In this document: in pieces, positions 55,329 through 64,000 of the stretch
Position numbering within the stretch: position 1 is the first letter of the stretch
Layout: each line of letters starts with the position of its first letter
Assembly: GCA_016235055.1 (NCBI GenBank)
Contig: JACRMK010000046.1
Coordinates: 34,958-98,957, forward strand
From: Chloroflexota bacterium
GTDB taxonomy: Bacteria; Chloroflexota; Anaerolineae; JACRMK01
DNA length: 64,000 nt
Direction: 5' to 3'
Notes under the pieces: generated by a model
What the model was told of the DNA's origin: nothing
Databases searched by the model: none
Seen by the model: only the letters and a program-made list of their open reading frames with translations
Program-made: the position numbers and the translations under genes

Positions 55329-56690
55329 ATGCCCCAGCCGATCCATTTTGAGAAAGGCGCGACGCAGACCGTCGCCTTTGTGCCCGGCGCCGACGCGACC
55401 GCCATCGCCGAGACGATGGTCGCCTTCGCCAATGCCGAGGGCGGCAGCCTGTTCATCGGCATGAGCGCCGACGGCCGCATCCACGACCTGTCCGGCGAGG
55501 ATGTCGACGCCTCCGTCACGCGCGCGCAGTCGCTCTGCCGCCCGCCGGTGCGCTCCGAGTGGCAGCGCGTCGAGACGCCGGCCGGCTTCGCCATCGGCAT
55601 CACCATCGCGCGCAGCCCCGAATTGCACTCGCTGGCCGACGGCCGCGTGCTGATCCGCGCCGGCGCGGAGAACCGGCCGCTGGCCGGCTCCGAGATCCGC
55701 CAACTGGCGGCGACCAAGGGCAGCGGCGATTTCGAAGCGGAACTGGTGCCTGCCGCGCGCCGCGCCGATCTCAGCGACGCCCTCATCAAGGAGTACATCG
55801 CCAAGCGCGAGGAGAAGCAGCGCCGTCGCTTTGCCCAGCCCGCCGACGAGATCCTGCGCGACGCCGCGTTCACCGACGAGCACGGCAACCCGACCGTGGC
55901 CGGATTGCTGCTGCTCGGGCACAACCCGCAAGCGCTCCTGCCGCAGAGCGGGCTCGTCTTCGTGCGCTTCCCCGGCACCCAGCCGACCTCCGGCGAGAAA
56001 GCCGGTTACGGCCGCCGCGAGGAGATCGGCGGCCCCCTGCCGCGCCTGACCGAAGAGGCGTGGGACTTGATTCACCAGGAGATGCGCGTCGGCGCCGTCG
56101 TCACCGGCCTGCGCCGGCAGGAGACGACCGAGTACCCGCCGTTCGCCGTGCGCGAGGCGCTGATCAACGCCGTGGCGCACCGCGACTACCGGCTGGGCGG
56201 TCGGCGCATCGAGGTGCGCATGTTCGACGACCGGCTGGAGATCATCAGCCCCGGCGGGCTGGCCGGCTACATCACCGTGGACAACATTGTCGAGGAGCAC
56301 TTCTCGCGCAACCCGCGCATCGTGCACGGCCTGTTCCAGTGGGGCTACATCGAGGAGCTCGGGCTCGGCGTGGACAAGATGATCGACGACATGCTGGCCG
56401 CCGGGCACCCGCCGCCCAAGTTCAAGCCCGCGCCGTACTCGTTCACCGTGATCCTGTCGAACCAGAAACAGCGCGCGCCGATGCCGACCTGGCAGAAGAA
56501 CATCAGCGAGCGCCAGAAGCGCGCCGTGCAGTACGTGCAGGAGAACGGGCGCATCACCAATCGCGAGTACCAGCAACTGTGCCCCGACGTCAGCGCCGAG
56601 ACGCTGCGCATCGATCTGGCCGACCTGGTCGACAAGGGCCTGCTGATCCGCATCGGCGACAAGAAGGGCACCTATTACATGCTGAAATGA
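55329..56690 (+). CDS. Schlafen/AlbA_2-type ATP-binding protein with HATPase_c_4 and C-terminal HTH (RecG-C-terminal-like putative regulator)
   Basis: N-terminal AFANAEGGSLFIGMSADGRI (AlbA_2 pattern); middle REALINAVAHRDY; C-terminal winged-helix-like segment. Confidence 0.75.
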   Translation: MPQPIHFEKGATQTVAFVPGADATAIAETMVAFANAEGGSLFIGMSADGRIHDLSGEDVDASVTRAQSLCRPPVRSEWQRVETPAGFAIGITIARSPELHSLADGRVLIRAGAENRPLAGSEIRQLAATKGSGDFEAELVPAARRADLSDALIKEYIAKREEKQRRRFAQPADEILRDAAFTDEHGNPTVAGLLLLGHNPQALLPQSGLVFVRFPGTQPTSGEKAGYGRREEIGGPLPRLTEEAWDLIHQEMRVGAVVTGLRRQETTEYPPFAVREALINAVAHRDYRLGGRRIEVRMFDDRLEIISPGGLAGYITVDNIVEEHFSRNPRIVHGLFQWGYIEELGLGVDKMIDDMLAAGHPPPKFKPAPYSFTVILSNQKQRAPMPTWQKNISERQKRAVQYVQENGRITNREYQQLCPDVSAETLRIDLADLVDKGLLIRIGDKKGTYYMLK

Positions 56691-56830
56691 TGCGGGTGCG
56701 TAGGGGCGCGTTGCACGCGTCCCGCAACGGGGCACATGCAATGTGCCCCTACGTTATCCGCAGGTGGCAGATGTCGTTCTGCGAAACGATCATCCGCTGC
56801 CCGCCCAGCACCTCCGCCGCATAGACTCAT

Positions 56831-56974
56831 CCACGAAGGGACACGAAGGAACACCAAGAACACCTTTATCCGCGAATAACGCGAATGAACGCGAATAGAG
56901 CCCACAAACTCCAGAACTGATTGGCCTCGATTCGCGTTATTCGCGGATCGCTTTTTATTTGTGTTCCTTCGTGG
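56831..56974. repeat. MITE-like element, family 2 copy (nested inverted repeats)
   Basis: Outer CCACGAAGGGACACGAAGGAACAC / GTGTTCCTTCGTGG; inner CCGCGAATAACGCGAAT / ATTCGCGTTATTCGCGG. Confidence 0.6.
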
Positions 56975-56982
56975 ACGGTGTG

Positions 56983-58008
56983 TTAGATCATCGCGCGCGC
57001 GCGGCGGGCGAGGGCCGGCACGCCGGTATCCAGCATCGCGAAGAACGGGTCGTCGGTCGTGCCGAGCTGATGGCGCTTATAGCTGCCTTCCAGCAGGATC
57101 GCCAGCTTCCAGATCGCCAGCACGATGTAGAAATTGAGGTTGGCGACCTTGCGGCCGCTCAGTTCCTCGTAGCGCGCGGCGACCTCCGCGCGGCCCGGGA
57201 AGCCGCCCGAGGCCGTTACATCGCCCATGTCGTCGGGCAGCGGCGTTGTTGGCGCCTCGCCCGGCTCGCGCCAGAACGACAGCAGGTAGCCCAGGTCGGC
57301 CAGCGGATCGCCGAGCGTGGACATCTCCCAGTCGAGCACCGCCAGCAGCTTGACCGGCGGCCGGCTGGCGTAGATCGCGTTGTCGAGCCGGAAGTCGCCG
57401 TGCACGATCGTCGCGGCAGGCGATTCCGGGATGTGGCCTTGCAGCCACGCGCTCACGGCGTCGAGGTCGGGCAGGTCGCGGGTACGCGCGCCGTCCAGTT
57501 GGCCGACCCAGCGCTTGACCTGCCGCGCGATGTAGCCATCGGGCTTGCCCAGCGTGCCGAGGCCGGCCGCCGTGTAGTCCACCGTGTGCAGGGCAACCAG
57601 CGCGCGAATCAACTCATCGGCGAGCGCGGCGCGTTCCGCCGGGCCGCTCAGAGCTGCCGGCAGCTTGTTGCGCACGACCGCGCCCTCGATGCGCTGCATC
57701 AGGTAGAACGGCGCGCCGATGACCGCCGTGTCTTCGCACAACAGGATCGGTTGCGGGACCGGAAAGTGCGCCGCCGTCAGCCCCGCGATGACGCGGTACT
57801 CGCGCGCCACGTCGTGCGCGGTCGGCAGGTACGGCGGGCGCGGCGGGCGGCGCAGGACGTACTGCTCCGCGCCGCGCGAGACGAAGAACGTCAGGTTCGA
57901 GTGTCCCGCATCGATCCGTTCCGCGCGGACCGGCGCCTCGCTCGGCGACAGCGCGCGGTCGAGGTACGCTTGCAGGTTCGCTTCATCCACGAGCGGGGGC
58001 AGGGTCAT
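56983..58008 (-). CDS. Phosphotransferase-family protein (APH-like kinase fold)
   Basis: Brenner motif HGDFRLDN and downstream D-W-E metal-binding region (VLDWEMS). Confidence 0.8.
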   Translation of the reverse strand: MTLPPLVDEANLQAYLDRALSPSEAPVRAERIDAGHSNLTFFVSRGAEQYVLRRPPRPPYLPTAHDVAREYRVIAGLTAAHFPVPQPILLCEDTAVIGAPFYLMQRIEGAVVRNKLPAALSGPAERAALADELIRALVALHTVDYTAAGLGTLGKPDGYIARQVKRWVGQLDGARTRDLPDLDAVSAWLQGHIPESPAATIVHGDFRLDNAIYASRPPVKLLAVLDWEMSTLGDPLADLGYLLSFWREPGEAPTTPLPDDMGDVTASGGFPGRAEVAARYEELSGRKVANLNFYIVLAIWKLAILLEGSYKRHQLGTTDDPFFAMLDTGVPALARRARAMI

Positions 58009-58347
58009 GGCTGGTCATCCTCACAACACAATGGGTCGATGCGGACGCAAGCCATTATAGCACGGCCGAATGAGCGCGGCGCTAGTTTGCTTCTGCGCGT
58101 TATCGCGGTTGCAGCTGGAGTAGATGGATGGTTTGCCGGCACGGAAGGTCATGGGGCAGGTCGAATTGCACTCCCTTTGATCCCAGATGAGGTTTGCTGG
58201 TCCGGGCTACTGCGCTTGCTTCATGGATTGAGGGCGCATATAATCCCATTGACCCCGACGGTTTACGAGCATCGTTGGTGGTAGCTGCGGGACGGATGAC
58301 CTGCGCACCAGGCATAGTGGCCGGTTCGCAAAAGGAGACGCGACTCC

Positions 58348-58686
58348 ATGAACATAACGGCGCAAGGAAGCCGCACGGCGTCAACACGTGGACGGTCCGA
58401 TCTGAACCGATTCAGACGAATCCTGAAGCGGCACATGCCTGATTTGGAGAACCGCTACAACGTCCGGTCGCTAGGCATCTTCGGATCGTATGTTAGGGGC
58501 GAACAGCGGAAGCGTAGTGATCTGGACGTGCTGGTCGAATTCGCCAAATCGCCCGACCTGTTCGAGTTCACGGCATTGGCCGACGACCTCGAGCACCTGT
58601 TGGGCGTTAAGGTGGATTTGGTCAGCCGGAACGGCCTGCAAGGCCGCTTGGCAGAGCGCATCTTAAGCGAGGTTGTGCCGGTATGA
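58348..58686 (+). CDS. Nucleotidyltransferase MntA-like antitoxin
   Basis: LGIFGSYVRGE...SDLDVLV motif; AAGGAG upstream. Confidence 0.8.
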   Translation: MNITAQGSRTASTRGRSDLNRFRRILKRHMPDLENRYNVRSLGIFGSYVRGEQRKRSDLDVLVEFAKSPDLFEFTALADDLEHLLGVKVDLVSRNGLQGRLAERILSEVVPV

Positions 58687-59069
58687 GTGCCGCGCGCCGC
58701 CATCTCGACTACCTGCGGGACATCGCCGACATGATGGGCACCGTTGTCGAGTTGACCGATGCGATGACGTTTGAGCAGTTTGCGACTGACAAACGCACGG
58801 CTTTGGCCGTCAGAAAGGCAATCGAGATCATCGGCGAAGCCGCCAAGCATCTGCCACCGTCCTTCCGCGATCGGCACGATGCAATCCCCTGGAAACAAAT
58901 GGCTGGCATGCGCGATCGGTTAATCCACGCTTACTGGGGCATCAACATTGACATTTTGTGGGCAACGGCAACCGAAGTGATTCCCAGCCTGCGCCCGCGC
59001 ATCGCACTAGTCCTGGAACAGGAGCTGGCACGCGAACAGCGCGCGCGGCCGGCGCCAGATGATACGTGA
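58683..59069 (+). CDS. HepT-like (DUF86) HEPN toxin
   Basis: R-x4-H-x-Y HEPN motif (RDRLIHAY); ATGA overlap with mntA-like gene. Confidence 0.8.
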   Translation: MSAARRHLDYLRDIADMMGTVVELTDAMTFEQFATDKRTALAVRKAIEIIGEAAKHLPPSFRDRHDAIPWKQMAGMRDRLIHAYWGINIDILWATATEVIPSLRPRIALVLEQELAREQRARPAPDDT

Positions 59070-59186
59070 GTCACATCCGTTCCAGCCGGTCTTATTTATC
59101 TCGCCTCGCTTGACTTTCCCCCGCCAAATCGAGTACGCTTGCAACGCAACACCGTCCACAACCATGACCTGGTAAGGAGGCATCCC

Positions 59187-60785
59187 ATGACCACGTTGTA
59201 TGCCGAGAAGCAGGCTGCGTTCGATTGGATCGAAGCCAACCGAGCGCGCCTTTCCGGCTTCTGCGAGCAGATCTGGAACTATGCGGAGACGGCGTTCCGC
59301 GAGTACAAGTCCGCGCGCGCGTATTGCGATCTGCTGCGCGCCGAAGGGTTCACCGTCGAGGAAGGCTCCGCCGAGATGCCGACGGCGTTCGTCGCGACGT
59401 ACGGCAACGGCGGGCCGGTGCTGGCGACGTTCTCCGAATACGACGCCGTGCCGGAGAACTCGCAGGAGCGCGTGCCGTACCCGTCGCCGCGCGCCGGCCT
59501 GAACCGCTGGGCGGCCGGGCACACCGACCCGCACTCGTCGCTCGGCACGAGCGCGCTGATCGGTGCGCTGGCCGCCAAGGCGATGATGGTCAAATACGGG
59601 CTGCACGGCACGCTCAAGCTGTTCGGCGAGCCGGCGGAGAAGGTCTGCGGTTCCAAGCCGGTACACGCCGCCAAGGGGTATTACGACGGGCTCGACGCGG
59701 CGGTCGTCTATCACCCCAATGCCAGCAACTCCGTAGTGTGGGAAACACACAGCGGCTCGTACTGGAGCGCGGCGTTCGTCTTTGAGTGCATCGATCCGGA
59801 GGAGTGGATCGACCAGCGCCTGCTGCCGAACACGAGCACCTCGCACGCGGCGGCGCGCTGTCCGGCGGCGATCGACGCGCTGTGCCTGATGTATACGCTG
59901 ACCAAGTACAGCAAGGAGGCGATGTTCCCGCACACCGGCACCTGGACGCTCAACGAGAACATCATGGTTGGCGGGCAGTGCACCTCGGACAACCTGCCGC
60001 CGCGCCTGGCGGTCATCCAGTACTCGTGGCGCTCGCCGACGCTCGACATCCAGGAGCGCGTATTCCAGGTGCTGGCGCAGAACGCGCGGCAGGTCGCCGG
60101 CGCGACCGGCTGCGTCGCCTCGGTGCGCTGGATCACGAAGACGCGCGTCGGCCTGCCGAACCTGGCGATCTCCGACCTGGCCTACCGCAACCTGGAACTG
60201 GTCGGCGCGCCCCAGTTTGGAGACGAGGCGCGCACCTTCGCCCGCGCGATCCAGAAGAATCTCGGCTTCGAGCCGATGGACGACCCGTTCATTGCCGACA
60301 ACCAGACGCTGACGCCGCCGCCCGAACTGGAAGCGCGCGTGCGCCAGGGCCTGCCGCCGTGGCAGCTCAACTTCACGTCGGATGATTATGTGGAATACAC
60401 CTGGCACGCGCCGACCGTGCGGCTCTACACGGCGCGGCCGCGCCTGAAGGCGCCCAAGCCCGGTTACACGTACCCGGCATGGGTGAACAACGCGATGGGC
60501 GGCGTGCCGGCCTGCATCGATCCCGGCATGTTCGTCGCGGGCAAGACGATCGCCGCGACGATGCTCGATCTGCTCAAGTCCCCGGACGAGCTCGCCAAAG
60601 CGCAAGCCGAGTTCCGCGAGCGGACGGGTGGCGGCGTGGGCGGCAGCCAGTGGGTCGCGCCGCTGTTGGCGCGCGATTTCCCGCCGCCGGTCGAATTACG
60701 CTGGCCGGAGTACGTGCAGACGCCGCGCGGCGAGGAGTGGTGGGTGCCGACGGTGACGCACGAATCGGCCTACGTGAAGCTGTAG
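59187..60785 (+). CDS. M20-family amidohydrolase (aminobenzoyl-glutamate-utilization AbgB-like)
   Basis: 532 aa from internal ATG with AAGGAGG upstream; metal-ligand regions (GHTDPHS, EPAEK) typical of M20 peptidases. Confidence 0.8.
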   Translation: MTTLYAEKQAAFDWIEANRARLSGFCEQIWNYAETAFREYKSARAYCDLLRAEGFTVEEGSAEMPTAFVATYGNGGPVLATFSEYDAVPENSQERVPYPSPRAGLNRWAAGHTDPHSSLGTSALIGALAAKAMMVKYGLHGTLKLFGEPAEKVCGSKPVHAAKGYYDGLDAAVVYHPNASNSVVWETHSGSYWSAAFVFECIDPEEWIDQRLLPNTSTSHAAARCPAAIDALCLMYTLTKYSKEAMFPHTGTWTLNENIMVGGQCTSDNLPPRLAVIQYSWRSPTLDIQERVFQVLAQNARQVAGATGCVASVRWITKTRVGLPNLAISDLAYRNLELVGAPQFGDEARTFARAIQKNLGFEPMDDPFIADNQTLTPPPELEARVRQGLPPWQLNFTSDDYVEYTWHAPTVRLYTARPRLKAPKPGYTYPAWVNNAMGGVPACIDPGMFVAGKTIAATMLDLLKSPDELAKAQAEFRERTGGGVGGSQWVAPLLARDFPPPVELRWPEYVQTPRGEEWWVPTVTHESAYVKL

Positions 60786-60835
60786 CCAAACGCGACGCAC
60801 AAACGGAAGCGGGACAGGCATGATGCCTGTCCCGC
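60705..60835 (+). repeat. Direct repeat, left copy (3' end of M20 gene plus terminator)
   Basis: 131 bp; identical to 62092-62222 except 2 substitutions. Confidence 0.85.
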
Positions 60836-60841
60836 TTTTTT
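60811..60841 (+). terminator. Rho-independent terminator of M20 gene
   Basis: GGGACAGGC-atga-GCCTGTCCC followed by GCTTTTTTG. Confidence 0.7.
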
Positions 60842-60945
60842 GTTGTGCGTGCTATCCCTCAGCGCGCCCGGCTGGACGAAACTGGCTTGAATCCCCGTTT
60901 GCGGCAATCCGCACGAGGAATGTCAAACAGCATCAGTACGGAGAA

Positions 60946-61080
60946 AATGGGGGTACGACGGCGTGTGCCCATTGCCAACGCAGTGGGCAACAAGTCAAGG
61001 ACGGAATCAATGCGTTTGGCAGCCTGCAGTATCGATGCAAAGGCTGTTGCCCTTCTGAACTTTTTCACTTAACACGGTAG
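60946..61080 (+). pseudogene. Possible IS1595-family transposase N-terminal zinc-ribbon remnant
   Basis: ...NGGTTACAHCQRSGQQVKDGINAFGSLQYRCKGCCPSELFHLTR then stop; pattern NG..C.HC...(13)...YRCK.C...F resembles the Zn_Tnp_IS1595 ribbon; no DDE domain follows. Confidence 0.3.
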
Positions 61081-61086
61081 CAATTG

Positions 61087-61743
61087 TCATCTTCCAAGCA
61101 ATTCTGCATTCGACTGGAATAGAGGAATCTGTGTACTTTCAGTATCATCGCAGTCCGGTGAGAACTTGTATTTCACGTTGAAACTCATTTCTGAATAGCT
61201 GTAGGCTTGATACCCTTTAAAATGGGAATTGGAAAGCTGGGTAAAGCGATTCTCAATAGGTTTCCATACGGCGGTGCTCCAATATGAAACCGGATATCGT
61301 ATGCACGACCTCTCGTGAGCCCCACCATCTTGAACATCCAAATCGACAAAAACCAAGAATCGATCTGAACCGAACTTCACATACTCGACCAAGTAGTAGC
61401 CCTTGCCATGATACCAAACGTCTCGCCTGACCCCGACGTTTATCGAACCAAGCGCTTGTGCCTTGGTGATAAACGCCGCGACCCCTGAGGCATCTTGCAC
61501 GGCCGCAGTCGCCCAGAAGGTATTTTCGCGTTGAGCTTTACGCTGTGACTCAATTGTGCTGACAGCTCGATCATCAAGTGTACCATATGAAATCGCATTC
61601 GACGCGCCTTGGTAAACTGCGACGACGGCAGAGAATCCGACGAGGATGATCAGGAGGCCGATTAATCCCCTCAGCAAATTGCCAAAACATCCCGACTCGA
61701 TCAAAATACCCAAGCCAACAGCTCGAAAGAAGTTATCGCTCAT
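61087..61743 (-). CDS. Hypothetical membrane-anchored protein (cargo gene B)
   Basis: 218-aa ORF in AT-richer DNA where stop-free frames of this length are unlikely by chance; two N-terminal hydrophobic helices; ATGA overlap with upstream ORF. Confidence 0.55.
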   Translation of the reverse strand: MSDNFFRAVGLGILIESGCFGNLLRGLIGLLIILVGFSAVVAVYQGASNAISYGTLDDRAVSTIESQRKAQRENTFWATAAVQDASGVAAFITKAQALGSINVGVRRDVWYHGKGYYLVEYVKFGSDRFLVFVDLDVQDGGAHERSCIRYPVSYWSTAVWKPIENRFTQLSNSHFKGYQAYSYSEMSFNVKYKFSPDCDDTESTQIPLFQSNAELLGR

Positions 61744-62054
61744 ATTCCGCCTGCGTCTTTCTCTTCGGTGACAACTGGAGGAAAACAGCGCTTTGCACTA
61801 GAAAGCATGTCTCGCCGTGTGTACCGCATGTATCCAATCTTCAAGTATATGCACTTTGCATTGTGGCGACCATCATGATAGCGGTGTGAGTTTCCAGGCT
61901 TGGGCAATGGCGAACGAAGATGGAAATAGCATCGAACTTCGCTCGCGTATTTTCTTCTGAACTCAGCCCACGGTTGGTTTGTCCCATAAACACAGTCATT
62001 ATACAACTTTGTGCTGCGTTTCTGGTTTATCGGCAATGGGTGTAGCAACGACAT
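61740..62054 (-). CDS. Hypothetical Cys/His-rich small protein (cargo gene A)
   Basis: 104 aa; 4 Cys and 6 His could form a metal site; no obvious RBS. Confidence 0.45.
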   Translation of the reverse strand: MSLLHPLPINQKRSTKLYNDCVYGTNQPWAEFRRKYASEVRCYFHLRSPLPKPGNSHRYHDGRHNAKCIYLKIGYMRYTRRDMLSSAKRCFPPVVTEEKDAGGI

Positions 62055-62091
62055 ACACTTGATTCCATCGATACCGTGCGGTTTGCTCTGG

Positions 62092-62222
62092 CCGGAATAC
62101 GTGCAGACGCCGCGCGGCGAGGAGTGGTGGGTGCCGACGGTGACGCACGAATCGGCCTACGTGAAGCTGTAGCCAAACGCGACGCACAAACGGAAGCGGG
62201 ACAGGCATCATGCCTGTCCCGC
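62092..62222 (+). repeat. Direct repeat, right copy (duplicate of M20 3' end plus terminator hairpin)
   Basis: Same 131 bp as 60705-60835 with G-to-A at position 6 and loop ATGA-to-ATCA; followed by TTCATTTTC. Confidence 0.85.
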
Positions 62223-62459
62223 TTCATTTTCACTCGGGCGCGGTATTCTGTTCGGACCCTATCTGGCTGCGTCGGGATCGCGTAGGGGCGCACCGACGTG
62301 TGCGCCCGCCTGGCACGCTGCGGGCCGACACGCAGGTCGGCCCCTACCACCGGCGCTTTGCGGGTGGCTTTGCCCAATTCGCACGCATGTTCTAAGTTTG
62401 TGCTATAATAGCGACGGGCACAGAACATTAGTTCTCACTACCGCTATAGGAGAATCGCG

Positions 62460-62654
62460 ATGATCACCGGACCGCAATCCCAACTGCTCTTCATCGGCGT
62501 GTTTGCCGTGCTGTTCGCCTTTTGCCTCGCGTTCGCGTGGCTGTTTGCCACCGTGGCCGCCAGGATCGGCATGCCCAATGACGACGAGCTCGACGAACTA
62601 GCGGAGGCCGTGCTGAATGGCACGCCGGTCCGCGCGCCGCGCGTCGCCGAGTGA
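62460..62654 (+). CDS. Small membrane protein, hypothetical
   Basis: 64 aa; AGGAGAA 7 nt upstream of ATG; TATAAT-like box about 50 nt upstream; one TM helix plus acidic C-terminus. Confidence 0.55.
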   Translation: MITGPQSQLLFIGVFAVLFAFCLAFAWLFATVAARIGMPNDDELDELAEAVLNGTPVRAPRVAE

Positions 62655-62678
62655 CCAGCTCGTGCGGTTGTAACAAAA

Positions 62679-62710
62679 GACCCGAAGGGTTTGCAAACCC
62701 TTCGGGTCTA
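62679..62710. terminator. Bidirectional terminator hairpin (CCCTTCGGGTC family) between convergent genes
   Basis: AGACCCGAAGGGTT-tgca-AACCCTTCGGGTCT. Confidence 0.6.
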
Positions 62711-62733
62711 TTTCGCTGCGCCCGCGACGGCGC

Positions 62734-64000
62734 TTACGCCGGTCGCCAGCAGAGGTCCGGCTTGCGCGCTGCCGTCGCCTCGTCCAGCCGCGAGACCGGC
62801 GTGGTGTGCGGCGCAGAGCGCACGAGCTCGGGGTTCTCCTCGGCCTCGCGCGCGATCTGCAGCATCACCTCGCAGAAGCGGTCGATCGTCTCCTTGCTCT
62901 CCGTCTCGGTCGGCTCGACCATCAGCGCTTCCTCGACGACCAGCGGGAAGTAGACCGTCGGCGGGTGAATGCCGAAGTCGATCAGCCGCTTGGCGATGTC
63001 GAGCGTGCGCACGTTGTTCTTCGCCTGGCGCTTGCCGGAAAAGACGACCTCGTGGTAGCAGGTGCGGTCGAACGGCAGGTCGTACGCGCCCTTGAGGCGC
63101 TCCTTGATGTAGTTCGCGTTCAGCACGGCGATCTGGCTCACCTCGCGCAGGCCGTCCTCGCCGTGTGAGCGGATGTACGCGTAGCCGCGCACCAGGTTGG
63201 CGAAGTTGCCGTGGAACGCGCGCACCCGGCCGATCGACAGCGGCCGGTCGTTGTCGAGCGTGTAGCGGCCATCCTTGAATGCGACGACCGGCGCCGGCAG
63301 GAACGGCGCCAGCGCCTTGGAAACGCTTGTGCCGCACGCGCCCGGCCCGCCGCCGCCGTGCGGCACGCCGAACGTCTTGTGCAGGTTGTAGTGCAGGATG
63401 TCGAAGCCGACCTCGCCCGGCTTGCAGATGCCGAGCAGGGCGTTCATGTTCGCGCCGTCGCCGTACACCAGGCCGCCCGCCGCGTGCACCAGTCGATTGA
63501 TCTGCTCGATGTGCTGGTCGAAAAGGCCAACCGTCGACGGATTGGTGATCATCATGCCCGCGACCGTGTCGTCGAGCAGCGCCTTCAGCGCGTCCACGTC
63601 CACGTTGCCGTGGGCGTCCGCCTTGACGGTGACGACGCTGTAGCCGACCATCGCGGCGGTCGCCGGGTTGGTGCCGTGCGAGCTATCCGGCACGATAATT
63701 TTGGTGCGCTTCGTGTCGCCGCGCGACTTGTGATAGCCGTGGATCATCAGCACGCCGGTCAGTTCGCCGTGCGCGCCTGCCGCCGGCTGCAGCGTCGCGC
63801 CCGCGTGCCCTGCGATCTCGGCGAGCTGCTCCTGCAGTTCGTACATCATGCGCAGCGCGCCCTGCACGGTGCTCTCAGCCTGGTACGGGTGAATGCGCGC
63901 AAAGCCCGCCTGCCCGGCGATGACGTCGTTGATCTTCGGGTTGTACTTCATCGTGCACGAGCCGAGCGGATAGAACACGGTATCCACGCTGAAGTTCTTG
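62734..64000 (-). CDS. gcvPB: Glycine dehydrogenase (decarboxylating) subunit 2, GcvPB; 5' end lies beyond window
   Basis: PLP-enzyme motifs incl. [13 protein letters not shown] and LHKTF (Lys for PLP); reading frame stays open to the window edge. Confidence 0.9.
   Translation of the reverse strand, partial: KNFSVDTVFYPLGSCTMKYNPKINDVIAGQAGFARIHPYQAESTVQGALRMMYELQEQLAEIAGHAGATLQPAAGAHGELTGVLMIHGYHKSRGDTKRTKIIVPDSSHGTNPATAAMVGYSVVTVKADAHGNVDVDALKALLDDTVAGMMITNPSTVGLFDQHIEQINRLVHAAGGLVYGDGANMNALLGICKPGEVGFDILHYNLHKTFGVPHGGGGPGACGTSVSKALAPFLPAPVVAFKDGRYTLDNDRPLSIGRVRAFHGNFANLVRGYAYIRSHGEDGLREVSQIAVLNANYIKERLKGAYDLPFDRTCYHEVVFSGKRQAKNNVRTLDIAKRLIDFGIHPPTVYFPLVVEEALMVEPTETESKETIDRFCEVMLQIAREAEENPELVRSAPHTTPVSRLDEATAARKPDLCWRPA

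Larger units (their letters stand above)
60836..62091. mobile_element. 1.26-kb low-GC insertion bounded by 131-bp direct repeats (degenerate mobile-element-like island)
   Basis: GC content drops to roughly 48% versus about 67% background; bounded by duplicated host sequence; contains transposase-like zinc-ribbon remnant and 2 ORFs. Confidence 0.55.

Noticed and set aside
55143-56741. 532-aa ORF antisense to the AlbA_2/HATPase_c_4 gene (and 421-aa ORF 55559..56824)
   Set aside because: High-GC antisense or alternate-frame artefacts; extend into repeat DNA
59007-60605. 532-aa ORF antisense to the M20 amidohydrolase gene
   Set aside because: Low-complexity composition; the sense strand has a strong RBS and M20-like motifs
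62076-62285. 69-aa ORF starting in the right direct repeat
   Set aside because: Out of frame with the duplicated M20 tail and continues into the terminator and repeat hairpins

Overview
64-kb GC-rich (about 65-68% GC) bacterial chromosomal segment, gene-dense on both strands. Gene content (F420-type LLM oxidoreductase, heterodimeric lycopene cyclase, Tad pilus genes, class E sortase, several apparently leaderless promoters) suggests a Chloroflexota-like or actinobacterial-like genome; this is inference only. I call about 55 protein-coding genes, one tRNA-Met(CAT), no rRNA and no CRISPR array. Most genes are housekeeping or envelope functions: an M3 oligoendopeptidase, a metallophosphoesterase-amidohydrolase operon, an epimerase / ArnE-like / phosphodiesterase / GT39 glycan-modification cluster, a 1306-aa secreted subtilase, a lycopene-cyclase / deacetylase / L,D-transpeptidase operon, an aldehyde:ferredoxin oxidoreductase, MsrPQ, a two-component system, TlpA/CcdA, a Tad pilus locus and GcvPB at the 3' edge. 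Accessory or unusual signals: (1) a TlpA/DipZ-type redoxin lipoprotein whose first active-site Cys codon is an in-frame TGA (U-I-N-C), a candidate selenoprotein; (2) a 1.26-kb low-GC insertion after the M20 hydrolase gene, flanked by 131-bp direct repeats, carrying a possible IS1595-type zinc-ribbon remnant and a two-gene cassette of unknown function; (3) two HEPN/MNT toxin-antitoxin pairs plus an orphan HEPN gene inside the Tad operon, which also lacks the CpaF ATPase in cis; (4) at least four dispersed MITE-like inverted-repeat families and a conserved terminator hairpin family; (5) a large LuxR-type ATPase regulator interrupted by one in-frame TGA, a frameshifted methyltransferase and a duplicated msrP 5' fragment. 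Coordinates of CDS are anchored on the supplied ORF track (stop codon included); coordinates of repeats, hairpins and promoters are read by eye and may be off by 1-3 bp. All family assignments are from motif recognition without database searches.
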